The notes under the pieces are model-generated. The model was not told the origin of the DNA, searched no databases, and saw only the letters and a list, made by a program, of their open reading frames with translations. DNA of 64,000 nucleotides from an uncultured Anaerolineae bacterium (GTDB taxonomy: Bacteria; Chloroflexota; Anaerolineae; J036; Brachytrichaceae), in assembly GCA_938028725.1 (NCBI GenBank), contig CALIMH010000009.1:62529-126528 (forward strand), in the 5' to 3' direction. Shown one piece after another: positions 28,480 through 38,178 of this stretch. A program made the position numbers and the translations under genes. Numbering within the stretch: position 1 is the stretch's first letter; the number at the start of each line of letters is the position of its first letter.

Positions 28480-28935
28480 TTGAGGTTGGCAGTGAATCGC
28501 CAATATCTGCGCTATCTCGTTATTTCAGTAGTGACAGTGGCTGCGTCCGCTGTGCTCGTGCAGTCTGTGATACTCTCCCTTGTGACGCGCAACCCAGAAT
28601 CCATTGCGGGTGCCGCGTTAGTGGTGGGCTATCTCACAGCGCTGACTGTGTCAGGCACTGTTGCCATATTGGCAGCGCGCCGCGTCGCAGGCGGTTTCAT
28701 TGACCCTCGGCTTGGCCAAATAGCTGGCTTGATGGCCGGCTTGTGGGTAGGCATCGGTGCCATCGTTGGGCAGATTCTGGCTGCCTTGCTCCTAAGTGTC
28801 CAAGCGCCAGGAGCTGCAGCACGGCCAGGATTGGTGCTGGTGTTTGGTTTGGTGTTGCTGGTAGTCAGCGTCATCGCTGGAATGCTCACCGGCAGAGAGA
28901 CGGCTCAGCCCCCTGAGGCAGAGGAGGAAGCGTAG
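28480..28935 (+). CDS. hypothetical membrane protein (about 4 TM, acidic C-terminal tail)
   Basis: The ORF has hydrophobic segments and uses a TTG start, with alternative GTG codons nearby. I recognise no family. Confidence 0.45.
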   Translation: MRLAVNRQYLRYLVISVVTVAASAVLVQSVILSLVTRNPESIAGAALVVGYLTALTVSGTVAILAARRVAGGFIDPRLGQIAGLMAGLWVGIGAIVGQILAALLLSVQAPGAAARPGLVLVFGLVLLVVSVIAGMLTGRETAQPPEAEEEA

Positions 28936-28961
28936 CCAGGTGCGCACTTACCGGTTGAGTT

Positions 28962-29348
28962 ATGCAGCCGCGTCGTGCTGTTGGCCGTCGTTGCTCACTG
29001 GGTGCGCTCGGTGAGGAGAGGGCAGCAGCTTACCTGCAACAACAAGGTTACGTGTTGCGCGCGCGCAATTGGCGACACGAGCACGGTGAGCTGGATATCG
29101 TCGCTGAGCGTGATTCAGTCATTGTCTTTGTCGAGGTGCGCACGCGACGGAGCGATCGCTTTGGTGCAGCGGAAGAAAGCATCACGCAGCACAAGCGCGC
29201 GCGGCTCATTGCCACGGCTCAGGCATATCTCGAGGCACACAACTTGCAAGATGCGCAGTGGCAAATTGATGTGATAGCCATTCGTGTCGCATCTGATGGC
29301 GGCGATCTGTGCCTGCAACACATTCCTTGCGCAATTGAAGGCGCATGA
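28962..29348 (+). CDS. YraN family (UPF0102) PD-(D/E)xK nuclease-fold protein
   Basis: The blocks GALGEERAAAYLQQQGYVLRARNWRHEHGELDIVAE and VFVEVRTR are typical of UPF0102. Confidence 0.8.
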   Translation: MQPRRAVGRRCSLGALGEERAAAYLQQQGYVLRARNWRHEHGELDIVAERDSVIVFVEVRTRRSDRFGAAEESITQHKRARLIATAQAYLEAHNLQDAQWQIDVIAIRVASDGGDLCLQHIPCAIEGA

Positions 29349-29986
29349 AACGCGCGCAGGCGCCTGAAATATTGGACGCTGCGGAGCTCGTTGATCCTAG
29401 CGAGCTGTGTGAGAATTTGCGCGACATGGGCCGCCTGGCCCATGTTTTGGGCATCTTTGATCTGGCGCTGCGCTTGGCCTGTGAAGGTCTTCCGTCCCTA
29501 CGCCTTGGGCTCGACATCGGTTGTGGCGATGGGGCGTTGATGCGTTACGCTGCTTCATCGCTCCAGTGGATAGGGGTGGATATTTCACGCTGCGTGTTGC
29601 GCTACGCTGGCGGCCAAGTGGTTCAGGCTAGCGGCCTGCACTTGCCCTTCGCGGACCACTCTGTGGATGTGGTCACCTGTATTCATGTCCTCCATCACTT
29701 GAGCGATGAGAACGCCGAGCAGTTGTTCGCGGAGATGGCACGGGTAGCACGCTTGCGCTGGGTGTGTTTGGACTTGCAGCGTAGCAAACTTGCTTGGCTG
29801 GGTGCTTGGATTTTGGTGCGGCTTACTAGCCGCAACCGCCTCACACGCCATGATGGTCCTCTCTCAGTGTGTCGCGCCTACACGCTGGACGAAGTGCGTG
29901 CACTGGCCAAGAATGGGGGTGTGATGCTCACTAATTACGGCACTTTCCGTGGCTTTACTTGGTGGATGGTAGGTGGACCTAGGTAG
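29345..29986 (+). CDS. class I SAM-dependent methyltransferase
   Basis: Motif I is LDIGCGDG and a post-I acidic residue is present. There is an ATGA overlap with yraN. Confidence 0.75.
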   Translation: MKRAQAPEILDAAELVDPSELCENLRDMGRLAHVLGIFDLALRLACEGLPSLRLGLDIGCGDGALMRYAASSLQWIGVDISRCVLRYAGGQVVQASGLHLPFADHSVDVVTCIHVLHHLSDENAEQLFAEMARVARLRWVCLDLQRSKLAWLGAWILVRLTSRNRLTRHDGPLSVCRAYTLDEVRALAKNGGVMLTNYGTFRGFTWWMVGGPR

Positions 29987-30058
29987 AGGAAGATCAGCTT
30001 CAACAGAAATTACGAGTGCGCAGAGAGCAGCGCTAGGAGTTAGTACGCTGCAGGCCAT

Positions 30059-30568
30059 TCAAATCCATGGGGTGGTTGCACGAGTATGACAACTGCCCAA
30101 CATGCGGAAATAGGAACACAAAAAGATATTCGGCAGGGGGCGGAGATCGCGATCGAAGACTAGAAAGCAGCCGGTAGCATGAACAGCTTCCTCTTTGAGC
30201 TGGTGGTGGGAGATGGCGCTTACTCTGGCGATCAAGGCGCGGCCGTAGGCAACAAGTTTGCTGCTGATCCAGTTATGGCTGTCACTGGCGGCAACTGTTC
30301 TGGTGAGACCTTTGGACCAAAGTTGGTTTTGCATAGAGGCAACATGGTTTTTGCAATATTCGGTTTTGCTGATTTGGGGTTGGCGCTGCTGACATATTGC
30401 AAGCCTGCCCTCGTCGCCAAATTGTTTCGTATAGGCGTATTTTGCTTCGCATACCCAACAGCGTGCTGGCACACTCTCTGTCGGTAAATTGGCAAAGGCC
30501 TGACAAGCCAGCACCGCTTGCTGTTGCTGTATGAGCCTTCGACGGACCTGATGCCTACCATCAAACAA
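30059..30568 (-). CDS. doubtful orphan ORF (169 aa, Cys-containing) in a lower-GC gap; possibly a gene remnant
   Basis: Only the central third looks codon-like. It has a TTG start with an in-frame TAG 6 codons upstream. It carries CWVC...C and YCKNH patterns but no recognisable family. Confidence 0.25.
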   Translation of the reverse strand: MFDGRHQVRRRLIQQQQAVLACQAFANLPTESVPARCWVCEAKYAYTKQFGDEGRLAICQQRQPQISKTEYCKNHVASMQNQLWSKGLTRTVAASDSHNWISSKLVAYGRALIARVSAISHHQLKEEAVHATGCFLVFDRDLRPLPNIFLCSYFRMLGSCHTRATTPWI

Positions 30569-30764
30569 AGTATCACCGCGGTGCTAGTAGAGCAAAACGC
30601 AGCCCAGCGACGCGCATCGCGCATCGGGCTTGTGTGATTGAGACAGCCTACATCGTGCTGGACGGCCCTGCTTGACAAGCAGCTGCCGATCCACACATGC
30701 ATGAGGCCGAGCTTGGCAGCAGGCTGCTCACGTGTCACGCGCCGATGCTCCGTTCGGAGCTGCT

Positions 30765-31355
30765 TCACTTCTGATGTGCTGATTCGTAGGCCTCAATCTG
30801 AGGTAACAATCCAAGCACGTAGCCGATCTCGTCCACGCCGTTGAGCAAGCAAGTCTTGCTGAAGGCGTCAATCGGAAAGCTTTCGCTGCGGCCATCAGGT
30901 AATTTGATCGTCTGCGCCTCCAGGTCTACTGTAAGTTCAAGGTCAGGATTGTCCTGGCATGCCTGAACAAGTTGTGAATGGGCTTGCTGGTCTAGGATCA
31001 CCGGCAAAAGCCCATTCTTCAGCGCGTTGTTTCTGAAAATGTCAGCAAACGAAGTGCTGATGACAACGCGAAAGCCATAGCCCACCAGTGCCCATGGTGC
31101 GTGCTCGCGCGACGAACCACAGCCGAAGTTATCGCCCACCAGCAGGATTTGACGCCCCTTCATCTCCTGAAGGTTCAGCACAAAGTCGGGCTTTGGTGAG
31201 CCATCAGAGTTATAACGCCAGTCTGCGAATAGCGCTTCTCCCAAGCCTGCTTTATCGGTCACTTTAAGAAATCGGGCGGGGATGATCTGGTCTGTGTCCA
31301 CATTGTCCATGAGCAGTGGCACTACTTTGCTGACAATGGATGTGAACTTCTGCAT
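30765..31355 (-). CDS. leuD: 3-isopropylmalate dehydratase small subunit
   Basis: Blocks are DNVDTDQIIPARFLK and GDNFGCGSSREHAPWAL, in a 196-aa ORF. Confidence 0.9.
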   Translation of the reverse strand: MQKFTSIVSKVVPLLMDNVDTDQIIPARFLKVTDKAGLGEALFADWRYNSDGSPKPDFVLNLQEMKGRQILLVGDNFGCGSSREHAPWALVGYGFRVVISTSFADIFRNNALKNGLLPVILDQQAHSQLVQACQDNPDLELTVDLEAQTIKLPDGRSESFPIDAFSKTCLLNGVDEIGYVLGLLPQIEAYESAHQK

Positions 31356-31410
31356 AGCTTTCCTACTCGATTATCCACGATTGAGAATTGCCGAAGCAAC
31401 ACCGGTGGTG

Positions 31411-31419
31411 TGATACACT
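31411..31419 (+). promoter_or_regulatory. candidate extended -10 (TGaTACACT) 10 nt upstream of the PPOX-family ATG (leaderless-type)
   Basis: The sequence reads GGTGTGATACACTCCTCCGCGCA-ATG. Confidence 0.4.
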
Positions 31420-31429
31420 CCTCCGCGCA

Positions 31430-31828
31430 ATGCCTAAGCCACTCTTCCCTGGCCACACCTACATCAATCTCACCACATTCCGAAGAAATGGACGGCCTGT
31501 GCCAACACCGGTGTGGTTTGTCGAGTTGGATGACAAGCTATATGTCTTCACTCAGATGAACAGTGGCAAGGTGAAACGGGTGCGCGCCAATGGCCAAGCT
31601 CAGATCGCTGCCAGCGACGTGCGGGGACGCCCTCTGACTGCATTTGTGGAGGCAAGGGCGCGCTTGGTGAGCGAGACAGACCCACTTTACGCTCGTGCTC
31701 TGGAGCATTACAGACGCAAATACGGGTTGTTGTGGCAACTGTTTGCGCTTTTTGCCCGCTTGCGCGGTCAGCGTGAGTCAATGGCGATGATCGAGCTAGA
31801 GCCGCTCCCTCACGTGCAGCACGCTTAG
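31430..31828 (+). CDS. PPOX-class (pyridoxamine 5'-phosphate oxidase-like, probably F420/FMN-binding) protein
   Basis: The block INLTTFRRNGRPVPTPVWFVELDDKLYVFT...GKVKRVRANG is typical of the split-barrel PPOX family. ATG 31430 is preferred over TTG 31388. Confidence 0.7.
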   Translation: MPKPLFPGHTYINLTTFRRNGRPVPTPVWFVELDDKLYVFTQMNSGKVKRVRANGQAQIAASDVRGRPLTAFVEARARLVSETDPLYARALEHYRRKYGLLWQLFALFARLRGQRESMAMIELEPLPHVQHA

Positions 31829-32823
31829 TCACCGACCTGCAGCAGCACCTTCAGCACTCCAGGCTGCTGAGCATGTGAAAGCGCAAGTTCGCCCTCATGA
31901 AGGGGGTAGCGCGCGTGAATTAAAGACGAAACGTCCACACGGCGCTGGGCGAGTAGGCGCAGCGCTGCTGCAAAAGGCCCACAGCGGGAGCCAATGAGGG
32001 TGATCTCATCTACCACGACCATCGCAAGGTTGACCTGTGGCTGACCGTGGTAGGTGCTTTTGAGCACGAGCGTGCCACGTGGCCTAACCAGGGTTCGCGC
32101 CAACTCAAAGCCAGCCGGTGAGCCTGTGCACTCAATCACCACATCGAATGAGCGAGCAGATGAGCTGCCGAGTGTGCTGGTGAGCTGAGTGCACAAGCCC
32201 CAGCTGCGTGCAAGTGCCAACTTGTTGTCGTGCTTGCCGATCACGGTGACTTCACAGCTTGTGGCTGCGCCTATCACTTGTGCGCATAACAGGCCGAGCT
32301 TGCCATCACCCAGCACAGCGACGCGATCGACCGGCCGAAAGTGAACCTGCTCCAATATTTGGCAGGCTGCCGCCAGTGGCTCAACGAAAACTGCCGCATC
32401 GTCGCTGACCTCTGGCGGTACAACATGCAGATTCACCATCGGCAACGAGACGTACTCTGCAAAGACGCCATCGCGGCGATCAATGCCCAGGGTAGTCCGA
32501 TCAGGTGACTGAGCGCGCTCGGCGAAATTTCGAGCAGGCGAATTACAAGGCACGCAGTTGATTTCTCCAACCACGCGGTCTCCAGGGCGAAGTTCGGGTG
32601 CTGTGCCGTTGCAATGCGCCTCGCTGAATTCCTCTACTACACCGACAAACTCGTGCCCCAATACGCCGCTAAAGTTGAAGTAGCCGCGCAGAATTTCCAC
32701 GTCGGTGTTGCAGATGCCTGCTTGTTTCACGCGGACCAGCGCCTCACCAGGAGCTGGCTTGGGGTTAGGGTAGTCTTCTCGATAGCGAAGGCGTGGGCCC
32801 GCTTCAACAACAAGAGCGCGCAT
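31825..32823 (-). CDS. zinc-dependent medium-chain alcohol/polyol dehydrogenase
   Basis: Motifs are GICNTD, GHEFVGVV and a Rossmann fold VAVLGDGKLG. It is immediately downstream of xylA. Confidence 0.85.
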   Translation of the reverse strand: MRALVVEAGPRLRYREDYPNPKPAPGEALVRVKQAGICNTDVEILRGYFNFSGVLGHEFVGVVEEFSEAHCNGTAPELRPGDRVVGEINCVPCNSPARNFAERAQSPDRTTLGIDRRDGVFAEYVSLPMVNLHVVPPEVSDDAAVFVEPLAAACQILEQVHFRPVDRVAVLGDGKLGLLCAQVIGAATSCEVTVIGKHDNKLALARSWGLCTQLTSTLGSSSARSFDVVIECTGSPAGFELARTLVRPRGTLVLKSTYHGQPQVNLAMVVVDEITLIGSRCGPFAAALRLLAQRRVDVSSLIHARYPLHEGELALSHAQQPGVLKVLLQVGD

Positions 32824-32877
32824 ACATGCAGGTATCTGGGTGCCGTGGCTCGGGACAGCGTTCGCGCTGTGGTCAGA

Positions 32878-34038
32878 TCATCGCACACCTAACAGAATCT
32901 CCACAGTTAGTTGATCAAGACGCTCGTAGTGCAAGCCGCGCTTACCGAGAGCAATTCGGTCAAAGGGCATGTCCTTCAAAGCAGCCGCTTTGACGGCAGT
33001 GTATGTGCCGAGGTAAGGCTGAAGCGAAGGGTCATCTTGGTGAATCTCTGCCAGTAGCCCTTGAATTTCTGGATCGGCGTTCCAACGCTCTGCCTTTTCT
33101 TTCAAAATTAGGTAGGTGCGCATGCAGCCGCGAGCGAAGTCCTTAACGCCTTCGTAGTCCTCTGTGCGATAGGCGTGGGCATCAAAGTGGCGCGAGCCAG
33201 GGTAGCCAACATCCTCCAAAAACTTCACGAGGAAAAAAGCCGCTTTGATGTCGCGTGAGCCAAAGCGAAAGTCTTGATCATAGCGGCCGGCGTATTGATC
33301 GTTGAGGTCAATGTGAAACAGTTTGCCTGCCTCCCAAGCCTGGGCTACGCTATGCAGGAAGTTCAAGCCGGCCATGTGCTCGTGAGCTACCTCTGGATTG
33401 ACGCCGACCATCTCTGGATGATCAAGTGTAGCGATGAAGGCCAGCATGTGGCCAGTAGTAGCGTTGTAGATGTCGGCTCGCGGCTCATTTGGTTTGGCTT
33501 CCAGCGCAAACTTGAGATCGTAGCGCTGGTCAATAACGTACTCGCAGAGGAAGTTGATCGCCTCCCTCATGCGCTTGATCGCATCTACCGGGTTGCGGCA
33601 GGCATCTGTTTCAGTGCCCTCACGCCCGCCCCAGAACACGTATACTTTCGCGCCAAGTTCCACCCCCAGGTCGATTGCCCGCATGGTTTTTTGGAGGGCG
33701 TATGCGCGGACCTTAGGATCGTTGCTGGTAAAAGCACCGTCCTTGAAGATTGGATCGCTAAAGAGGTTGGTGGTGGCCATTGGCACTACCAAGCCTGTGT
33801 CTTTGAGCGCCTGCTTGAAGTCGCGCACGATGCGATCTCGCTCAGCAGGGGTTGCATCAATAGGCACTAGATCGTTGTCGTGGAAGTTCACGCCATATGC
33901 ACCCACCTCAGCGAGCAGGTGCACGATCTGCACAGGGGAGAGTGCTTCGCGCACCGGCAAGCCAAACGGGTCGCGTCCTACGTTCCCCACTGTCCACAGT
34001 CCGAAGGTGAAGCGATGTTCTGGTTTAGGTTCGTACAT
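32878..34038 (-). CDS. xylA: xylose isomerase (class I, short type)
   Basis: Blocks are [33 protein letters not shown] and [17 protein letters not shown] is present. Confidence 0.95.
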   Translation of the reverse strand: MYEPKPEHRFTFGLWTVGNVGRDPFGLPVREALSPVQIVHLLAEVGAYGVNFHDNDLVPIDATPAERDRIVRDFKQALKDTGLVVPMATTNLFSDPIFKDGAFTSNDPKVRAYALQKTMRAIDLGVELGAKVYVFWGGREGTETDACRNPVDAIKRMREAINFLCEYVIDQRYDLKFALEAKPNEPRADIYNATTGHMLAFIATLDHPEMVGVNPEVAHEHMAGLNFLHSVAQAWEAGKLFHIDLNDQYAGRYDQDFRFGSRDIKAAFFLVKFLEDVGYPGSRHFDAHAYRTEDYEGVKDFARGCMRTYLILKEKAERWNADPEIQGLLAEIHQDDPSLQPYLGTYTAVKAAALKDMPFDRIALGKRGLHYERLDQLTVEILLGVR

Positions 34039-34061
34039 AATGTCCTCCGAAGTACCTCAAG

Positions 34062-34796
34062 TTAGGAGTGTATATCATTGTTTGCCGATGTAGAGGAATC
34101 AACCGGCTCGCTGCCAGTGCCAGCAATGCGCTGGATAAAGCGCACTTCGAGGTCAAGTGTCTGCTCAATTATCCAGCGGAATAGCTGCATGGTAATGTTC
34201 AGTGGCACATCGTATCGTTGTGCTGATCGCTTCACGCGCTGAAGCACTGTGCGCTCTCGTTCAGCGTCGCGCAAGGCAGCGCGCAGTCGCTGTGGGTCCA
34301 TAGCAAGTGCCAGGATAGAGGGTTTGATTTGCAATTTGGAGTAAGCGATGAAAGCACCTAGGTAGATGCGTTCATTGAGGCGTGAGAGCAGGTCGGCATC
34401 AGTGTAAACGGTCTCGCCGTAGTAGTGGGGTTCGTCGCCAGGGCGGCACAGCTTTGGCAGCAAACTGGTGTAGAACTGAATGAGCTGATCGCGCGGTGGT
34501 GCCTCGATCACAGGTAAATGCGCTTGGGTGATGTGGCGTTGGACAGGGGAAGGGCGATCATGCCGGTAAAGTATGGGGTGCTGGTCGGGAATGTCATATC
34601 TGCCAAGTGAGGCATGATATTGCTCAAGCCCCTCCAATGCCCACTCCATCAGTGAAATGCCGGTTCGTCCAACAATTGGTATGGCATCAGGCTGGTATAC
34701 AGCTTGATTCAAGGTGAACCATGATCGATCTTTCAGGCGCGCAACAATCTGCTCATCCAGCCTGTCTAGTTTCGCGCGAATGTTGCTGAGGGGCAT
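34062..34796 (-). CDS. chorismate mutase, AroQ class, eukaryotic (Aro7-like) type
   Basis: The ~244-aa ORF is collinear with yeast Aro7. It matches NIR..L, the WALEGLE / HASLGRYD region, SRLNERIYLGAFIAYSK (Arg/Lys equivalents) and IEQTLDLEVRFI (Thr/Glu equivalents). The alternative start TTG 34826 overlaps the lepA stop. Confidence 0.5.
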   Translation of the reverse strand: MPLSNIRAKLDRLDEQIVARLKDRSWFTLNQAVYQPDAIPIVGRTGISLMEWALEGLEQYHASLGRYDIPDQHPILYRHDRPSPVQRHITQAHLPVIEAPPRDQLIQFYTSLLPKLCRPGDEPHYYGETVYTDADLLSRLNERIYLGAFIAYSKLQIKPSILALAMDPQRLRAALRDAERERTVLQRVKRSAQRYDVPLNITMQLFRWIIEQTLDLEVRFIQRIAGTGSEPVDSSTSANNDIHS

Positions 34797-34822
34797 CGGT
34801 GCAAACAGGCAATGAAGCGCTT

Positions 34823-36661
34823 TCAATCTTCCAGCCGCAGCATAGCCATAAATGCTTCTTGAGGGATTTCGACTGTTCCGAACATTTTCATGCGTTTCTT
34901 GCCTTCCTTCTGCTTTTCAAGCAGCTTGCGCTTGCGTGTGACGTCGCCCCCGTAGCATTTGGCCAGCACATCTTTGCGTAGCGCCGGCTTGGTCTCTCGT
35001 GCGATGATCTTGCCGCCGATGGCCGCTTGGATCGGAACCTCGAACAATTGACGTGGAATAGCATCTTTGATCTTTTTGCATAGTACTGCGCCACGGCGTT
35101 GTGCTTCATCGCGGTGTGTGATCATCGCCATGCTGTCGAGCGGATCACCGTTGATAAGGATGTCTAGTTTGACTAAATCGCCAGGCCGATAACTGTCGAA
35201 TTGGTAGTCCAGCGACGCATAGCCTTTGGAGATGCTCTTCAGCCGATCGTAGAAGTCCACAATCAACTCTGCTAACGGCATAGCATATTTAAGGACAACG
35301 CGGTGTGCATCGAGATATTCCATGGACTCGCTGATGCCCCGCCGCTTGGTGACCAGTTCCATAATCGGGCCAATGTACTCTGCCGGGGTGAAGATTTCAA
35401 TTTTCATCCACGGCTCGCGCATCTCGCGCAGCCGCGATGGATCAGGCATGTCGGCAGGGCGATCCACCTTGATTACCTCACCGTTGGTTAGCACAGCTTC
35501 ATACTCCACGCTAGGGGCGGTGATCACCACGTCGAGGTTGTACTCACGTTCCAGGCGTTCCTGAACGATCTCCATGTGAAATAGACCTAGGAAGCCGACA
35601 CGGAAGCCAAATCCCAAAGCCGAGCTGTTCTCCGGTTCGAAGGTGAGCGATGCATCGTTGAGCTGGAGCTTCTCCAGGGCATCTCGCAGCAGTGGGTAAT
35701 CCTCGGCGTGGGTGGGAAAGATGCTAGCGAACACCATCGGCTTTGCGGGCTTGTAGCCCTTCAATGGCTCGGCAGGTCGTGCAGCGTCAAGCATAGTGTC
35801 GCCTACGCGGCACTCCCGCACGCTCTTCAGTCCAGTGGCGATATAGCCAACCTCTCCAGCACTCAGGTGGCCGGTGGGCGTCATGCGAGGGGTGAACACG
35901 CCGATCTCCACTGGTTCTGTTATGGCGCCGGTAGCAGCCATGCGCAACTTTGTCTTTAGCCCAACTACGCCGTTCATGATGCGCACATAAGCGATCACCC
36001 CTTTGTATGAGTCGTAGTGTGAGTCAAAGATCAGTGCTTGCAGTGGGGCTTCGCTGTCGCCTTTTGGGGATGGCACTTCTTGGATGATGCGTTCGAGCAC
36101 TGCTTCAATGCCGATTCCTTCTTTGGCAGAAATGCGCAGCATGTGCTGCGGGTCGTCGCCCAGAAGGTTGCCGATCTCCTGAGCTACCTCATCAGGACGC
36201 GCATGAGGAAGGTCAATTTTGTTGATCACTGGAATGATGTGAAGTCCAGCCTCGAGCGCTAAATACAAGTTGGCCAGTGTTTGCGCTTCGATCCCTTGAG
36301 AGGCATCTACCACAAGCAATGCTCCCTCACAGGCGTTCAGCGCTCGACTGACTTCATAAGCAAAGTCTACATGGCCAGGTGTGTCAATCAGGTTTAACTC
36401 GTATTGGTTGCCATCTTTAGCCTGGTAGATCATGCGGACCGCGCTAGCCTTAATGGTGACGCCCTTTTCGCGCTCCAGCTCCATCGAGTCTAGGAGTTGT
36501 TCTTGCATGTCGCGCTTGCTGACTGTGCCGGTCAACTCCAGCAGCCGATCGGCGAGGGTGCTTTTGCCATGATCCACGTGCGCAATGATGCAAAAGTTGC
36601 GAATGCGCGAAAGGGCATCACGGACGCTGGGCGAATCAGGCTGGACAGTGATACTGCTCAT
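34823..36661 (-). CDS. lepA: translation elongation factor 4
   Basis: G1 is [22 protein letters not shown], with [13 protein letters not shown] and a LepA C-terminal domain, in a 612-aa ORF. Confidence 0.95.
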   Translation of the reverse strand: MSSITVQPDSPSVRDALSRIRNFCIIAHVDHGKSTLADRLLELTGTVSKRDMQEQLLDSMELEREKGVTIKASAVRMIYQAKDGNQYELNLIDTPGHVDFAYEVSRALNACEGALLVVDASQGIEAQTLANLYLALEAGLHIIPVINKIDLPHARPDEVAQEIGNLLGDDPQHMLRISAKEGIGIEAVLERIIQEVPSPKGDSEAPLQALIFDSHYDSYKGVIAYVRIMNGVVGLKTKLRMAATGAITEPVEIGVFTPRMTPTGHLSAGEVGYIATGLKSVRECRVGDTMLDAARPAEPLKGYKPAKPMVFASIFPTHAEDYPLLRDALEKLQLNDASLTFEPENSSALGFGFRVGFLGLFHMEIVQERLEREYNLDVVITAPSVEYEAVLTNGEVIKVDRPADMPDPSRLREMREPWMKIEIFTPAEYIGPIMELVTKRRGISESMEYLDAHRVVLKYAMPLAELIVDFYDRLKSISKGYASLDYQFDSYRPGDLVKLDILINGDPLDSMAMITHRDEAQRRGAVLCKKIKDAIPRQLFEVPIQAAIGGKIIARETKPALRKDVLAKCYGGDVTRKRKLLEKQKEGKKRMKMFGTVEIPQEAFMAMLRLED

Positions 36662-36670
36662 GCACTTGAG

Positions 36671-36676
36671 ATTATA
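36671..36676 (-). promoter_or_regulatory. candidate -10 box (TATAAT) 9 nt upstream of the lepA ATG (leaderless-type)
   Basis: The minus strand reads CCACCCTATAATCTCAAGTGC-ATG with no SD. Confidence 0.4.
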
Positions 36677-36798
36677 GGGTGGCTTCCTTGAGCACTGCAG
36701 GGCTTGCCTCAGTTGCTCACGTTGAGCAGTGATTGAATGTCGTATTATTTACTAAACAATGATCCGCCATACGTGGCGCTTGGGTGACCTAAGCATTC

Positions 36799-38121
36799 AT
36801 GCGATACGAGACAGCTCCTGAGAAGCAGCGCGCCTTTCTTGTGGGTGTCGAGTTTCGAGATCCAACTTGGCGCGCAAAACACGCCCATTTGACGCTTGAG
36901 GCGTCTCTGGCTGAGCTTGCGTTGCTGTGTCAGACTGCCGGCTTGGAGGTGGTTGGTCAAACCCACCAAGTGTTGTCGTCTCCCAATCCCAGCACGTTCG
37001 TTGGGCCTGGAAAGCTGGAGGAGATTATTGCTTGGCAGCGCGCCCTTGGGTTTAATGTGTTGGTTTTTGACGATGAGCTGTCACCTCGTCACCAGCGTGA
37101 AATCGAGGAAGCGCTGGGGGAGCAGGTCATGGTGCTTGATCGAGCTGCGCTGATTTTGGACATCTTTGCACAACATGCCCGCACGCGGGAAGGTGCGCTG
37201 CAGGTGGAGCTGGCGCAATACGAATACCGCAAGCCTCGTCTCACACGACTGTGGACTCACCTGGCGCGACAGTCAGGTGGCGGCGCTGGGCGCAGCGGTA
37301 CGGGCGGCGTCGGGCTGCGTGGACCTGGCGAAACACAGCTCGAAGTAGACCGACGGCGCATCGAGGAGCGCATCCATCGCTTAAAGCGCGAGCTGGAGGA
37401 AGTGCGACGTCAACGTGCTGCGGCCCGTGCCCACCGAAAGCGCAGCGAAGTGCCGGTTGTTGCAATCGTTGGCTACACAAATGCTGGCAAATCTACTCTG
37501 CTGAATGCCATCGCCAAAGCTGATGTTTTGGCCGAGGATAAGCTCTTTGCTACCCTTGATCCCATCACACGGCGCGTCCGCTTGCCGCATGGCCATCAAG
37601 TCCTATTTACAGACACAGTCGGGTTCATTCAAAAGTTGCCCGCTCAACTCATCGCTGCTTTTCGCGCTACCCTGGAGGAGATCACCGAAGCTGATGCAGT
37701 GTTGCACGTGGTGGACATTTCTCACCCTCAAGCTGCTGAGCAGGCCCAGACAGTGATGGAGACATTGAAAGAGCTCGGCGCTGACGGCAAGCCCATGGTT
37801 ATCGCCTTGAACAAGGCGGATCGCCTGGATGGGCCTGCAAGGCGACAAGTAGTTGCTGGCTTGCTGAGTGAGGGCATTTTCATCTCAGCGCTGCAGCGCG
37901 AAAATCTAGATGTGCTCCTCGCTGAAGTGGAAGCTGTGTTGTTTGAACGCTTTGTCCCTATCACTGTTCGGCTACCATACGGTGCTGGTGACGTCATGGC
38001 ATTGCTACGGCGCGAAGGTGCAGTGGAAAGTGAGCTGCCAGAGGAGCGCAGCATACTGATCACTGGTCGTGTCCCAGGACGTCTGCTTGAGTTGCTCCAG
38101 CCATACCAGGTTGGGCGGTAG
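36799..38121 (+). CDS. hflX: GTPase HflX
   Basis: It has the HflX N-domain (LAELALLCQTAG, FDDELSPRQ-like), G1 VAIVGYTNAGKSTLLN, DTVGFI and NKAD. Confidence 0.9.
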   Translation: MRYETAPEKQRAFLVGVEFRDPTWRAKHAHLTLEASLAELALLCQTAGLEVVGQTHQVLSSPNPSTFVGPGKLEEIIAWQRALGFNVLVFDDELSPRHQREIEEALGEQVMVLDRAALILDIFAQHARTREGALQVELAQYEYRKPRLTRLWTHLARQSGGGAGRSGTGGVGLRGPGETQLEVDRRRIEERIHRLKRELEEVRRQRAAARAHRKRSEVPVVAIVGYTNAGKSTLLNAIAKADVLAEDKLFATLDPITRRVRLPHGHQVLFTDTVGFIQKLPAQLIAAFRATLEEITEADAVLHVVDISHPQAAEQAQTVMETLKELGADGKPMVIALNKADRLDGPARRQVVAGLLSEGIFISALQRENLDVLLAEVEAVLFERFVPITVRLPYGAGDVMALLRREGAVESELPEERSILITGRVPGRLLELLQPYQVGR

Positions 38122-38178
38122 GGAGTGGTCTCGTTCAGCACAGCGGTTAACAATCTTGTTTAAGCAGGAGGTCTAGCT

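Noticed and set aside
28962-29986. A YraN nuclease-fold gene overlapped (ATGA) with a methyltransferase, as a possible restriction-modification-like pair.
   Set aside because: The methyltransferase has only the generic class I SAM motif (LDIGCGDG). It has no (D/N/S)PP(Y/F) or cytosine-C5 motifs and no target-recognition region. YraN is a widespread housekeeping UPF0102 protein.
30100-30180. An SRP/4.5S-like motif (GAAAGCAGCC) inside the anomalous gap.
   Set aside because: The flanking conserved domain IV sequence (GGUCCGGAAGGAAGCAGCC with its symmetric-loop partner) is absent. The match is a chance decamer.
30232-30768. A 178-aa ORF whose GTG start overlaps the leuD stop (GTGA), suggesting translational coupling.
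   Set aside because: The translation is Arg/Cys/Ser-rich with no hydrophobic periodicity or motifs. It overlaps two other equally poor ORFs. It is treated as part of the anomalous gap rather than as a gene.
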